Shown in pieces: positions 20,668 through 32,871 of a DNA stretch of 64,000 nt. Location: assembly GCA_964019335.1 (NCBI GenBank), contig OZ025661.1, positions 1 to 64,000 of the forward strand. The letters run 5' to 3'. Each line of letters starts with the position of its first letter. Position 1 is the first letter of the stretch. This DNA is from Diplonema japonicum (Eukaryota; Protista; Euglenozoa: Diplonemea). The notes under the pieces are model-generated. The model was not told where the DNA came from. It did not search any database and was given only the letters and a program-made list of their open reading frames with translations. The position numbers were made by a program, and so were the translations under genes.

Positions 20668-22449
20668 TTATTTATTGGTTATAAGAGCCTGTAAAATGAA
20701 GACATAGTTTACAGCTGCCATACAGGCAAAGCAGCCGTACCACTGTGGATCGGTGTCGCAGTCTCTGGTGAAGAGTGCTACGTGACCCCAAATGATGTTG
20801 GCCAACCAGCTTATGAACAGAAGCAACAGTGAGACACCCCCCGTTATTTGAGTAAATCGATCTTGCGCTCTGTTGAGATCTTCTTGGACCCAGTCGGCAA
20901 CCAAGTACACCAACGATGCTGCAAGCGTCACGGTACCGTGGAAGATGCACCATGCAGCCAGGAGACCCGAGCACACGGAGACGGCGTAAGCACCCCATCC
21001 TACACATATGAGCCCTGTGATCCCCACACAACTAAGCTTGGCTCGCCTCCATAGCACCCGTCGTCGTGTGCTTTGCCTTGCTTTTTTCGCAAAGTCTTTC
21101 ACATTGTAGCACACATCGGGAAACGTGGTTACAAAAGGACACTTCTCCCAGTTCAGCTTCTGAGTGAACTTCTTCATTTCGCTCCATAACTCGATCCCCA
21201 TGTCGTGGTCCCCAGTCTCTACTAAGTGCAGCTCTTTCTTCCCTACCGGTGTCCCTGCCAACCCGTACAGCCTACTCGAGTGATCATAAGGGATCACAGG
21301 GTCCAACATGCCATGAATAATCATAAGGGGACATGTCACATGTGCGATGCTCTTGTACGACTCGAACCTGTTAAACACGAGCCGTGCCGCAGCTGATGTG
21401 AGGCACCCTGCTGCATTTTTCCCGAGATGCTTCACTATGTGGCACCAAGAAAGATATGGAGACTTGAGAATCATTGCACCTACAAAAAGCCCCTGCCTCT
21501 CGAGCATGGCAGCGGCCTGGACACACGGCCCTGTAGCTAAGCTCCTCCCGTACAATATTATCCTGTCCAGAGGGACATCCAGCTCGCTGTGGATATACAG
21601 AATTGTGTCCAGCAACACCTCAGAGAGATTGCACTCTGTGGGCTTCCCTTCTGCCAGACCGTACCCAGGCCACTCCAGACCAAGGACAGACATCTCGAAC
21701 GTAGACCTGTACGACTGTACTACGGGGTTCTGTCCTATGTCACAAGCGTTGCCATGAGCAAAGATGACGACACCCCTGGACCTTGGGAAGGGCAACCATC
21801 TGGCGGGCACGTCTAGATTGCAATTAGGGAGCGATAGGTATATGAGATCAGCAAGCGTTTCGTCGTAGTGGGCTTTGGGGGGGCGGAAGAAGGCGCTATT
21901 GACGATAGAATGTTCTTTCAGAAAGGTTTTGATCCACGGCTCGACACAGGGAGCGGACCACATGGGAACGATGGGCGGAGAGCCGTAGGGGTCAGTACCA
22001 TGCCGCCGCCATCTTCGCACTTCGATGTCGCGCTGTAGGCGCAGCTCGGGTCTACTCAAGCTGTTGTAAAAGGCAGCGATCTCTGTCTTGTTTACGCCTT
22101 TCGCAGTATCGCCATTGTAGCCACTGACTGCAGCCCACTCATCTGCTGCGGCATCACGCAAGGTGAATGTGTTGTCCCGCAAGTTGTCGTTGTACGTCCT
22201 GCACAGCATGGCAACGCTCACCTCAGAGTAAGTGCAGAGGTTCAGCAGTGCGTCATCTTGATGGGTGTCGGTCACACTCCCCTCGCATACGGGTCTCTCT
22301 TCTTCTTGCTCGTCGTCGCTGGACCCAACAATACTTAAGCTCTTCGCCGCGTCATGCAGTTCCGGCCCCGGTAGCGTCTTCACCACTAAGGGACTCTCAA
22401 CTGTTAGGGGGCATTGCTTGCTCTTATTACCCCCTGTAATGTCAGCCAT
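20668..22449 (-). CDS. ABHD17-like alpha/beta hydrolase with C-terminal TM segments
   Basis: HGNACDIG, WPGYG, YGRSLATG, IIHGMLDPVIP, GDHD; hydrophobic C-terminus. Confidence 0.85.
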   Translation of the reverse strand: MADITGGNKSKQCPLTVESPLVVKTLPGPELHDAAKSLSIVGSSDDEQEEERPVCEGSVTDTHQDDALLNLCTYSEVSVAMLCRTYNDNLRDNTFTLRDAAADEWAAVSGYNGDTAKGVNKTEIAAFYNSLSRPELRLQRDIEVRRWRRHGTDPYGSPPIVPMWSAPCVEPWIKTFLKEHSIVNSAFFRPPKAHYDETLADLIYLSLPNCNLDVPARWLPFPRSRGVVIFAHGNACDIGQNPVVQSYRSTFEMSVLGLEWPGYGLAEGKPTECNLSEVLLDTILYIHSELDVPLDRIILYGRSLATGPCVQAAAMLERQGLFVGAMILKSPYLSWCHIVKHLGKNAAGCLTSAAARLVFNRFESYKSIAHVTCPLMIIHGMLDPVIPYDHSSRLYGLAGTPVGKKELHLVETGDHDMGIELWSEMKKFTQKLNWEKCPFVTTFPDVCYNVKDFAKKARQSTRRRVLWRRAKLSCVGITGLICVGWGAYAVSVCSGLLAAWCIFHGTVTLAASLVYLVADWVQEDLNRAQDRFTQITGGVSLLLLFISWLANIIWGHVALFTRDCDTDPQWYGCFACMAAVNYVFILQALITNK

Positions 22450-23419
22450 ATCCCTCGAATACCTGTACTGTGAGGTCAGTGTGCAAAATGGTGAGAAAAG
22501 AAAAGAGAAAAAAGAAACTGATAATAATATTGCCACTTCGCAAGGTTGTCATATGTATTAAAAGCTTTGTCAAATTATAGGGAGGCTCACGAGGTACAGG
22601 AGGCCAGAGCCCACTTACCTCGTAGCGTACATGAAGTTTCTGAAGGCTTCAGCATGGAAGGGTTACTCGCAAAATATATGTGACTCAGAACCCACCCATC
22701 GTCAACAGGGCAAGATCAGCAAAAAGGAGTACATTTCATCTCCAATGGGTTTTCGTGGTCCCATCCAAAGCACATTTGCACAACGGACATCTGGGGTTCC
22801 TGAGGGCACTGTTTTATAGTTTTATGGCACTCTTCTTCACAAAACCGAAAGAATATCGGGTGAAAAGCACTGTTGGGACAATGCGTGGATTCTGAGTTAT
22901 TGGTTTATTTGAAAAAAAGGAGAAGACATGAAGTGTGGGTGGGTGGGTGGGGGACATCGAAAAAAAAGGAGAAGACAGGGGTCCCGTATTTCTTTACATG
23001 ATGCCAAGCAGGGAGAGTCTGCTCAGAATAAGTTTTTTTTCCCATCTTTTTTCTTCCACTTTGTTGTTGCAAGAGACTGGTGCAATGTTGTCCTTGAAAA
23101 ACCGAAGAAAGAAAAAGAAAACTTATCACGAGAGGCGAAAACCATCCGGCCTCTCGAAGCCCTTGGCTAGGCACTTGTGAACGGGACGCTGAAAGATAAA
23201 AAAAGGAAACAAAAATTACTGCCAGGTGCCTGACTCCTAGGTCACAGGACTACAGTACCCCTTAGAGGCTTTAGCCCTTTACGACAAGCAATCGAACCAG
23301 TGGATAACATCTCGCGCTGAGATGTTAACAACAACACAAGGCTGCTTGACGCTTCTTCACATAGACCGGATAACAGGAAAGAAGAATGCATACGAAAAGG
23401 AGACAAAGGGTGGGGGGGA

Positions 23420-23490
23420 CAAAAACATAAACAAAAACAAAAACAAAAACAAAAACAAAAACAAAAACAAAAACAAAAACAAAAACAAAA
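23420..23490. repeat. (AAAAAC)n microsatellite in a long intergenic/3' UTR region
   Basis: Direct inspection. Confidence 0.9.
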
Positions 23491-24131
23491 TAACGAATAA
23501 AGAAAAGAAAAGAAGAAAAAAAAGAACAAGTAAGACCCCATTCAATGATCGACTCTTTTTTGGGTGACAAAAAAAATGCTTTCTGACGGAGCGTCAAAAA
23601 TCACAACACTAATAAGACTATTTCTTTTCTAAAAGAAAGTCTGGGTTGTCAAGAAAACCCAAAATGCTGCATCTGTCTGCGTTGAAATGTTGATAAATAA
23701 AAGCTTCCATTTTCTACACGAGCTCCGGCGGCAACGTCAACACTAAGAAAATGCAACTTAAGTCCTTTGAAACCTTTCAATTTCAAACAGCTTTTTACAA
23801 CAAAATCGGTGAAACGAACGTGCTTAAGGGGCATAGCGATAGATCAGAAGATCGAAGACCAGATGTATGACTAGCACTAGGGATGCCAACGGCTTGAGAG
23901 AACTCTATTGCCGTCGCCACCTCAGGGCTTCAGATCAAGAAATTCTACCTGCTGGAGTATTGCTGCTGCGCCAAAGGCTGCAGTTTTACCTCGGTCAGGC
24001 AGTGGGTTTATTTTAAAATAAAGGCGATGTTTAAGGGCAAATCCCACTTGAGGACCACCCTAAAAAAAAAAAAAGAAGAAAAAAAAAAAACGAAACAGAA
24101 CAACCAAAAAACCAGAACGAACCGGCGGCAG

Positions 24132-25999
24132 TTACAACCCTACTCCGCTAGGGAGGTAAGTGCTGTTAGTGTTGCCACACAAGCTGTTCTCAGAAGGTGT
24201 TATCAACTGAGAAACACGCATTGCCAGCGGTGACCTGAAATGTGTAATAATGAGGATACAGTACATACGTCTCTGCAAAGGCAGGCCTGATGGTGTGCTC
24301 CTTGGTCCCATTTTGGATACACACTGGTGAAGAGTGGTTGCTTGAGAACGATGTCGACCGCGATGTGACCTTCTCAACATTGAGCGAGTTCGGAGGCAGG
24401 CTCAGGAAAGCAGGAGCTTTCTTCGTAGGTGTTGTAAGACCAACAAGGTCCGACTCGTGCGTGGAGAACAGCGTGGAGGCGGTGCGCAGCCACGCCGGTT
24501 CGTTTGTTGGCCGCGATGCGTGAGGACCGATATCGTTGGCGTGCTTGTCGACAGATGCTGCGATCATTTCGTTCAGCCGCAACGCTACGTGTTTCTCAGT
24601 GTCCTCACCATCGTCGGACTCCGTCGTCGAATCCCCGCACGATTCTTCAAGCCATGCGTGGCTCAAGAGCTCCTTAGCGCAGCTTCGCCTTGTCGGCATA
24701 GGTTCGAAGCACTTGTAGAGAAGATCCATTGTAACACTCGACAGACCTTCGGGTATCTCTGGAGGGAGGGGCTTCTTCCAGTTGCCTATTGTATAGATTG
24801 CCTGCCATGACGATTCCCATGCCATGGGCCAGGGAGGCTTTCCGCAGTTGAGCAGCTCGCATATTACGCACCCCACGCTCCATATGTCCGCCTTGAGCGT
24901 CACTTCATCGGTCTTTGTGATGGCCTCCGGTGCCATCCACAGCGGAGTCCCATGAATGGCAGAGTGCTGCGTTTCATTCTGTATCTTTTTGCTTGTCCCA
25001 AAGTCGGCAAGCTTGATACAGCCGTCGTTTGCAATGAGGATATTGTCGCCCTTCAGATCCCTGTGAATGATCTTGTTTTCGTGCAAGTAGTCAACGCCCA
25101 TGAGGATCTGCTTCACGTACGCTGCAACAGACAGCTCCTCCAGCCGTTGGCCGTGCCGTCTGCTGAGGGCACCAAGACTGCCTCCCTGCACGTATTCCAT
25201 AAATATATTGAGCTCATTCGCTTCAATACTCACACCGAGGTACTGTGAAATGTTATGTTGCCTGTGTACGCTGCATACCCTCACTATGTTCCTATGTTTC
25301 AGCTTTGACATCAGCTCCACTTCACGCTTCACTTCAATGAGTCGTTCCTTAGGAAGTCCCGAGTGTAGCGTCATTACCTGTAGTAGTTGGCATCGAGAGG
25401 AACAAATATACCTTGACTGCGAAGAAGGTTCCGTTCGCACGCACGCCCATATATACATTACCAAAGGAGCCACTTCCCAAGAGCTGGCCTCGCTGCCATG
25501 TTCTGGGGAAAGAGCTGTCTCTCCTTCGCATAGAACCTTCACAAGGTGATGAGGGGATGCTGCGCCTTCGGATGTCCCAGTCACTTACGGGTGACGTGCA
25601 AAGGGCGTCTTTTGGCAGATCTCGGTAGTCCCGTACAGGCATTGGGGAAGGAGGCGCGTAGGTCGATTTGACTTCGTCTTGCTCGTTGCCAGTGGACACC
25701 GGTGGCGGGCGAAGCCTTGGCTTCATGAGCAATGGAGAGGAGGCAAGAGGTGTCTCCTTAAAGGAATCTTGAGAGACGTGTTGTTGTAGCTGGTGTTCCA
25801 GCTCTCGTCGTATATTCGTCAGCTCTTCATCTTTTTCTTTGCTCGCTTTTCTGAACTTCGTTGTCATCCTTCGCCATTGCAAGAAAGCAAGAGCGACAGA
25901 ACATATACACACTAAAGGGAGCCATATCGGTAGGTACCAGTATGATGCCAGCATGTCTTTGTCTTCAGAGCTGCTAGGAGGATCACGGGGAGGTTCCAT
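24132..25999 (-). CDS. STE11/MEKK-family kinase with N-terminal TM helix, 3 introns
   Basis: WQRGQLLGSGSFG, FAVK, HRDLKGDN, DFGTSK, GTPLWMAPE. Introns 25378-25411, 25243-25278 and 24235-24268. Confidence 0.92.
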
Positions 26000-26071
26000 T
26001 AGCAATACATTTCATATGTTTTCCTGTATGTTTTGAGACGGTAAGGCAAATAAATATAAGATAAGCTGATG

Positions 26072-27871
26072 CTAAACATCCAAAACCTTGACATCCCCTT
26101 CAACGCCCATTCGTGCCAGGGCGTTGTCGATGTTTGAATTCTCTTCAGGTGACGACGTGCGAATTTCAACGACAATACTTGTACTAGATGCATGCAGACA
26201 CGACGCAAGCGCTGCTAGCTTGTCAGCGTCGCTCAAAGGGTCCAGACCGGCCTCGGTGGCTCCCTTGACATCAGAGCAGACCCGCTGCTCTGCAATACCG
26301 AAGATTGCTGCACCGTTGTTGTGAGCTGCATACATGCCCAGTGCCTTCAGTGCGTGATCGTCATAGCCCTCTACCTGCTGCTCGCGCATTTCATCTCCGA
26401 TCATCTGCAGCGCTGAGAGAGTCGAATATGGCACAAGTATTTGAGTTTCTCGCGAAGCGGCCGCTTCTTCAAGCAGCTCCTGGAAGTGCTTCAGCATATA
26501 ACTTTCGTGGGGCACCACAACACGTTTACTATTCTTGAGGAATGCCTTCAGCCCATTCGGCCCACCAATCGCAGGCCTCGTGTTCTTATACTCTCTAAAT
26601 CCAGGCAAGTAGTAAATGAGCCTGTCTTCAACGTTCTGACAATATAGTGTGGCCGCCTGCAGCACAAGATGGTCCCACGTCGAGTCGATGGCTACTTGTA
26701 GATGCTGCAGCGTTGCGTAACACGCTTCAATGCGGTACTGTTGCATGTGCATGAGGACCTCAGACAGCTTCTCGGAAGAGGCGGTGCCAATAACGGAGTT
26801 CAGAGTAAGCAACGCGTGGCACGATGGCTTTGATAACCAGGCTGTGCCGGGGTGCTTTAGGATTATCTCAAATGCTTCGTTGGCAGGCTCCTGAAGACGC
26901 AGCTCATGGCACCGTGTTATGAGAGCATCGTAAGGAGCGACATAAGCAGCATACTTGTGTACCTCGCCGAAGGTAGGGCGGGGGACACTTCTCTTGTCAA
27001 GACCGGGGACGAAGAGTAGCTTAAGTAGTTCGACTCCCAGCTTTGCTTGTTCTTTAGTTTGGATCTCAAAGAACACCCTCCACTTTGCCTTTTGGTATTC
27101 CCTGCTGTCGAGATCGTCAAATCCACGCTGCACAGCTTCAAGCAAGAGGCTCAGTGCTAGCCCTGGCTCACCGTTGTCGATGGCAACGACAGTACCCACG
27201 GAAAGGGCCCGCTCACTCAAAATATTTCCACTGTGCGCCTCCAGCAATCTCTCCAATTCAGAAAGCATCATGTTTTCCGTGTACAACATGCCCAGCTCCT
27301 GCAGCACATACAGGGACATCGCCGTGCCCTCTTGGGCCATTGTGTCCAGAACTTCCTGCACCTTCTCGGGGTTCTTTCTTATTCTAAATCCTTTAATTAG
27401 CGCATGATAGCATTCTACAGTCAGCGGTCCTTTCTCCTTTAGTGCCACAAGCTTCTGATCTAGCACTTCTTTTTCGCCAGCTATCGCGTACAAGGTGAGA
27501 AGTCTGTACTGGGACCACTTGCCGTTAACCACTGCATTCCCGAACTTGTTCACAGTATGCAGAATCGGGCACACTTCTTCTTCGACGTACGCATCAGGTA
27601 GATTCACGAAGTCTTCACACTTATCGATGAGGTGCATCAGCAGCTGACTAGTGTTTTGATCTGTCCACATGTAACCAACGTTGTCGAGGTCTTGCATGAC
27701 AGTTTTCATGTTTGGTGCGTATGGCGCTTGGATGAGACTCGTCACCGCTGGTAGTTTCAGCCCTTTGCGAGATAACTTATCCGCACGGTTCAACAGCTGC
27801 TTGTAGCCGCCCGCCCCATCGGTGCCTACCTTGCGGGCTACCAATCGCAGCCTCAAAGATGTCCGCTGCAT
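26072..27871 (-). CDS. PPR-like protein with degenerate PIN-like C-terminus, likely mitochondrial
   Basis: TVECYHALIKGF..VLDTMAQEG PPR motif; Arg-rich N-terminus; ILVPYSTLSAL PIN-like segment. Confidence 0.6.
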   Translation of the reverse strand: MQRTSLRLRLVARKVGTDGAGGYKQLLNRADKLSRKGLKLPAVTSLIQAPYAPNMKTVMQDLDNVGYMWTDQNTSQLLMHLIDKCEDFVNLPDAYVEEEVCPILHTVNKFGNAVVNGKWSQYRLLTLYAIAGEKEVLDQKLVALKEKGPLTVECYHALIKGFRIRKNPEKVQEVLDTMAQEGTAMSLYVLQELGMLYTENMMLSELERLLEAHSGNILSERALSVGTVVAIDNGEPGLALSLLLEAVQRGFDDLDSREYQKAKWRVFFEIQTKEQAKLGVELLKLLFVPGLDKRSVPRPTFGEVHKYAAYVAPYDALITRCHELRLQEPANEAFEIILKHPGTAWLSKPSCHALLTLNSVIGTASSEKLSEVLMHMQQYRIEACYATLQHLQVAIDSTWDHLVLQAATLYCQNVEDRLIYYLPGFREYKNTRPAIGGPNGLKAFLKNSKRVVVPHESYMLKHFQELLEEAAASRETQILVPYSTLSALQMIGDEMREQQVEGYDDHALKALGMYAAHNNGAAIFGIAEQRVCSDVKGATEAGLDPLSDADKLAALASCLHASSTSIVVEIRTSSPEENSNIDNALARMGVEGDVKVLDV

Positions 27872-28536
27872 TTTCCTTTTCTTTCTTTTTTTTTCCCGGA
27901 CCTTTGTTTCGAATGTGTTTTTAAACCAAGGTCGTGTGTGAGACCTTTCTCACGGAGACAGCTGGTGACACCGGCAACGTGGCTTCTGCCTATCACCACG
28001 AAAACTATGCTGTCCTCCAGCTCCAGGGTATTGCATGTCTCAAGAATCTCAGCTGCCATCACCTGCTCTCTCTCGTCGTCAGTTGAACCCTTTGCAGTAT
28101 CGATAGCCTTAACAAGCACTCCCGCCTCATTGCCGTAGCTGTAGGCGGCAAGCATCTCGCCTCCTGTAAGCACACCACTCCTCAAGGCAGACACCGCATG
28201 TGGGGCAAGTCGTATGTTCCTCACAGCTAATTCCGTAATGAGTAACTCCGCTTCCTGCTTGCTTGTGATACAAGGAGCCATCTTCTTCCTTTTCACAGAC
28301 CGCACCGCATCGCACATGACCCTCAAACCCTGGTCTGAAGGCACTTCTATGCATATCGCAGCAGGTTTCAATGTCTCCAGCAAGTGCTGGACTACTTCAA
28401 TACACAACTTACAGATGTGATTCGTACCCGCGAAATGCACAGTGCACCCTGCGACACTAACTGGCCGAGAGAGACATTCTATCTTCACGTTTTTACGACA
28501 ATCATAAAGAGCTTCTTGCTCAAGGGATCTTTTCAT
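27853..28536 (-). CDS. TraB/PrgY-family protein
   Basis: FAGTNH, PAAICIEV, GGEMLAA..AID, EREQVMA, VVIGRSHVAGV. Confidence 0.75.
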   Translation of the reverse strand: MKRSLEQEALYDCRKNVKIECLSRPVSVAGCTVHFAGTNHICKLCIEVVQHLLETLKPAAICIEVPSDQGLRVMCDAVRSVKRKKMAPCITSKQEAELLITELAVRNIRLAPHAVSALRSGVLTGGEMLAAYSYGNEAGVLVKAIDTAKGSTDDEREQVMAAEILETCNTLELEDSIVFVVIGRSHVAGVTSCLREKGLTHDLGLKTHSKQRSGKKKERKGKCSGHL

Positions 28537-28618
28537 GACCTTAGCTACGTGGGGGAAATAAATAATAACAAGCACTTTGCGGAAAACTAGGACATAAATC
28601 CGAGCTCATGGAAATGGC

Positions 28619-29734
28619 TCAATCACACTCCTCTGCGTCCTTCACGATGCTCATCATGTCGTCCCATGAAGATTCGTCGTGCGGTTCCGACTCTGGGCAC
28701 ATACACTGGTCACTAAGGGAGCCTTGTTCATTCGAAGCTGTCGTGATCCAGCGAGAGGATAGGGCAGCTGATGCTGTGGGGCGGTCTTCAGGTGTGTTGC
28801 TGAGCATTGACTCCACCAGCAGTATTGCATCTTTGGACACCGTTCCATCAGTCGGTAGCTTTGCGGGGTGCAATTTCATTAAGTTGCGTCTCTGCGACAA
28901 CGACAGCCTCTGCTTCCCTGTGTCGTAAGGCAGGCGGCCGGTGAGCATTTTGAAGACTGTAGCACCAGCTGCATAAATGTCTAACTTGTACAACTGCTTG
29001 CCTTTAGAAACCCAACCAGGTGCATCTGTTTCGTCAGCTTCCAACTTCCCTGCAAGTCCTTCTATGGCCAGGTAAAGCGCCGTGCCAGCCTCTGGGGTCA
29101 TGAGACACCTGTCCATTGAGTTGTTTGGAAACGGCAGTTCTGCTTCTAGTGGTGAAAAGAGAAGGGCGTCTGCTTGCGGGAAGGCATTGCGCCCCCCAAC
29201 AAACTTGCCCAACCCTAAGTCAATAAGGCAAGTTACAAGCGTCAAGGGTTCCACCATAATGTTGTCGGGCTTTACGTCCCGATGCACTAAGTGGTAGCTG
29301 TGGAGACACTGCAATCCTGACAGCACTTGCGACAGGACGATGGCTGAATCTTTTTCTCGTAGTTTCGTGTAGCGTTGTAATAGCTCCGTCAGCGTTACCC
29401 CTTGGCACCTGTCCATAATCAAGTAGATGTGTGTGTCAGTGTGTAGCACTTCTGCAGTTTTCACGAGTGAGGGATGCTCTAGTTGCTTGGTCGCCGCAAT
29501 CTCCACGAGGAGCTGCTTCACCTTCGTGAGGTCCGATCCTGCCACCGATCGCTTCATGAAAATCTTGACAGCGCAGCGTGCCTTGTTGCTCTTCCTGTAA
29601 TACGGAACCACCTCTGCATACGTACCCTTCCCCAGCAGCCCTTGAGAGTCACATTCGTAATACTCGCCTATGTCCTGCACCTTCTTGCACCAGGTGTGTC
29701 CCTGCAGCCTCCTATCAAGAAGGTCTAAAGCCAT
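28619..29734 (-). CDS. CAMK-type Ser/Thr kinase
   Basis: GKGTYA, AVK, HRDVKPDN, DLG, GTALYLAIE. Confidence 0.9.
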   Translation of the reverse strand: MALDLLDRRLQGHTWCKKVQDIGEYYECDSQGLLGKGTYAEVVPYYRKSNKARCAVKIFMKRSVAGSDLTKVKQLLVEIAATKQLEHPSLVKTAEVLHTDTHIYLIMDRCQGVTLTELLQRYTKLREKDSAIVLSQVLSGLQCLHSYHLVHRDVKPDNIMVEPLTLVTCLIDLGLGKFVGGRNAFPQADALLFSPLEAELPFPNNSMDRCLMTPEAGTALYLAIEGLAGKLEADETDAPGWVSKGKQLYKLDIYAAGATVFKMLTGRLPYDTGKQRLSLSQRRNLMKLHPAKLPTDGTVSKDAILLVESMLSNTPEDRPTASAALSSRWITTASNEQGSLSDQCMCPESEPHDESSWDDMMSIVKDAEECD

Positions 29735-29990
29735 ATCGCCTAAGTGCTGTTGAAGCAGGACAAAACAGAACAGAATGCAGCGTGGCTGAACCACAAGCGT
29801 GCGAGAGGAGAAACAAGGAACGTAAAAGGGCAATCAGCGAGCACGAACTAAAGAAAGAAAAATTCATATGCGAGCCACGGCTCATAAACGGCCGGTCACC
29901 GATCGAGAAAAAGAACAAAACGTTTCAAACCCTTGCCCTATACCGTACTCTCGTGCCTTCCGACAATGAGTCTAGAAGGCGCTGCATGCA

Positions 29991-32447
29991 CTACTTGCAC
30001 AACACAGAGAGCACTTCGTTAAATGCTTGAATGAAATTGTCAACGCACGTCCTGTCCCACACGATGGGGGGTTTAATCTTCAGGACGTTGTTGTCGGGTC
30101 CGTCAGTAGTCACGAGAATGTTCTTCTCCTTCATAGCCTCGCTGAGAAGTGGGGCCTTTGGCCACGGCTTCTTTGTCTTCTTGTCACAGACCAGCTCAGC
30201 ACCGATGAACATACCCTTTCCACGTACGTCACCAATGATGCCATACTTCGGCTCAAGTCTCTTGAGCTCGGACATAAAGTACTCCCCAACCTCTTTCGCA
30301 TTCTGCAACAACTCCTCCTCTTTAATAACGTTCAGAACCTGCAGTCCTATGCTGCAGCTCACGGGATTCCCTCCGAAAGTAGCAAAGTATTCCAGCCCTG
30401 TGCTAGAAAAGGCATCAGCAATTTTCTTCCTGCACACCACAGCGGCCATAGGGTGCCCGTTCCCAATTGGCTTCCCGAGTGTCAGAATGTCGGGGACAAC
30501 ATCGCCGCCCTGTGCCTGAAAGGCCCACCAGTGCGTCCCCACTCTGCCAAACCCGACCTGAACCTCGTCCGCAATGCACACAGCGCCGTGCTTCCGAGCA
30601 TTCTCGTGACATTTTGCCAGCCAGCCATCAGGAGGGATCACCTGGCCACCCACGCCCATTAACGACTCAGCCCAAAATGCGGCCACCTCGATGCCCTTGC
30701 CTTTCAGCTCATTCAGCTTTGTGTCGACCTGATCAGCGTACAACCCAGCTGCCTTGTCGCCGTGCTCATCTGTTGTAAAGGTCCCTCGATAAACATCAGG
30801 CATGTCGACACAGCTCGTGGTGGCGGGAGGATCCTGTTTCCCTTGGTCCCTAAACTTGTAAGGGCTCACCTTGATAAGGGACGTGCTATGGCCGTGGTAG
30901 GCGTGGTCGACTACAAGCATGTGCTCCCTCTTTGTGTACGTTGTAGCCAGGCGGTACGCAAGCTCGTTGGCCTCCGTACCGCTGTTCACGAGGAACACAT
31001 GATCGAGCTCATCAGGCATGGTTGCCAGCAGCTCCTTAATGTACACTACGATGTTGTCGCTTAAGTAGCGTGTGTTTGTGTTCAGCTCCTTCAGCTGCTT
31101 CTGCCCAGCAGCTACAACCCTGGGGTGGCAGTGCCCTACGTGGCACACATTGTTGACACAGTCTAGGTATCTTTCACCGTTCTCATCGATGAGGTAGGAG
31201 CCCTTACCCTTCACAATCTTCAGAGGATCCTTGTATTGGATAGACATAGTCTTGGGGAAGTGCAACCTGCATAGAGTCATTTAATGATTCAGTGGCATAC
31301 TTCCGGTACTCAATCAGCTCTTCTTTGCTGTGCACGTTTGATACGGCAACGATAGGCGAGACGCCGGCAGGTGAAAGAACCGCGTCTGTGTCCTTATCTG
31401 TCTCCATGTGCCCACAGGCCACGAGCAAGCACTGTTTCTTTTCTTTTTTTGTTTGATGCATACCTTTGTGAAGAGATCACCGCCAGCCTCCTTCATTACC
31501 TTGAGCATGCTCCAGGCTGGTTTTGCAGAAATCTCGATGTAGTCCTTGTTACCAGGGTTCTTCGTCACCTCGTACGCACTAATGGTGACGCTCACACAAA
31601 GACGTGCCGCAACCAACCACCACAAAATGTTCAGCTCGTCCTTAAGAAGGGGTCTCTTCGCATGGTATGCTTGCACTAGGTGCACAGCGGAGGAAAGCAA
31701 CATAGGCATGTCTTTGTCCATCAAACAGTAAGCCAGTGCAATGGCCAGTTCACAGATCGTGAAGGATGTTACCATGTCACCGAAGTCGGTGAGTGAAGTG
31801 CTGCTGCCGTCGCACAGAATGTTGTAGTCATTGGCATCATTGTGGATCAGGGTTAAGGGCAGCGAAGTGAGCAGAGGCAGCTTTTTATCGTAGATTTCCA
31901 TGAAGTGCTGCACGAGCTGTTTATCCTCGCTGTTTGTAATAACAAAATCAATCAGAGGCGTCACGTTGCTGGCAGCCTTCAGGTCCCACCGCAAGAACCT
32001 GTGCGACGCCTTAATGTCCAAGCAGGCCAGCGCACTATCCATGCTCCCGAGTAGGGAGCCCAAATCCCTCATCACCGCAGGAGTATGGCTTACTTTGGCA
32101 AGGACATCACCCTTTAAAAAGCTGATTAGTCTCACGAAGTTATCGCCCTTCTTGAAGTACCTTTCCCCTTTGTGGGTGGAGATCACTTCTGGGATCCTTC
32201 CCTTGACCCCCGGTGCTTTGCTGAGCGTGCGCATAGCTTCGTCTTCAGCTTCTATCTGGTCTCTGCTCTCTTCGCTGTTGGCTACCTTCAGTACGTACCT
32301 TGGTGTGCCATCGATGCTAACCTTGAAGTTCTGATCGATGTAACTGTCCAATTTCCCCACCACAACCGTGCCCTTCTCGATATTCTTGGAGTAGTGCTCA
32401 TTCACGATCTGCGCAGCTTGTTCGAAAGACACTGTGGGCACCACCAT
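29991..32447 (-). CDS. Fused hydroxylysine-kinase-like (APH) + class III aminotransferase/phospholyase (PHYKPL/ETNPPL-like), 2 introns
   Basis: IHNDANDYN and DFGD (APH); DCVNNVCHVGH, ADEVQVGFGR, GKPIGNG, FGGNP (AT-III). Introns 31432-31463 and 31267-31300 give one continuous frame. Confidence 0.85.
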
Positions 32448-32871
32448 CTTGTTAAACGCTCCTGGGGAACAGTACAACATTCAAACACAATGTATCACAA
32501 GGTAAAAAGACAATGCCACCAGAGGACTGCCTCTTTTGCGGTGTGACAAAGTTACTGAACTGGTAACATCTATACTGCATGCGCCAGGTGTGATCGCTTT
32601 AAAACGTTTGAAATGACAAGTTTGTTCATGTCTATCTAAACAGATAGCCGAAGCCATCAATGACAGGAAAGAATGGTAGTGTGAAAAGGAAAGAGAAAAA
32701 AAAGGAAACTAATGACAGAATAGAAAAAGACTACGAAGCACTAATATCATAATGCCACTTCAAGCCACGAAAGCTCGTTGCTCAAGTGAAGAATTGAGAT
32801 CCGAAGGGTGTAAATAAAAAGCTCAGATCGTCCTGCTCTGTACTTCGGCGCAAACGACGAGGATGCGGTGC

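Noticed and set aside
22560-24130. Possible snoRNAs in the longest intergenic gap
   Set aside because: No convincing paired C/D or H/ACA boxes by eye; composition fits a U-rich 3' UTR.
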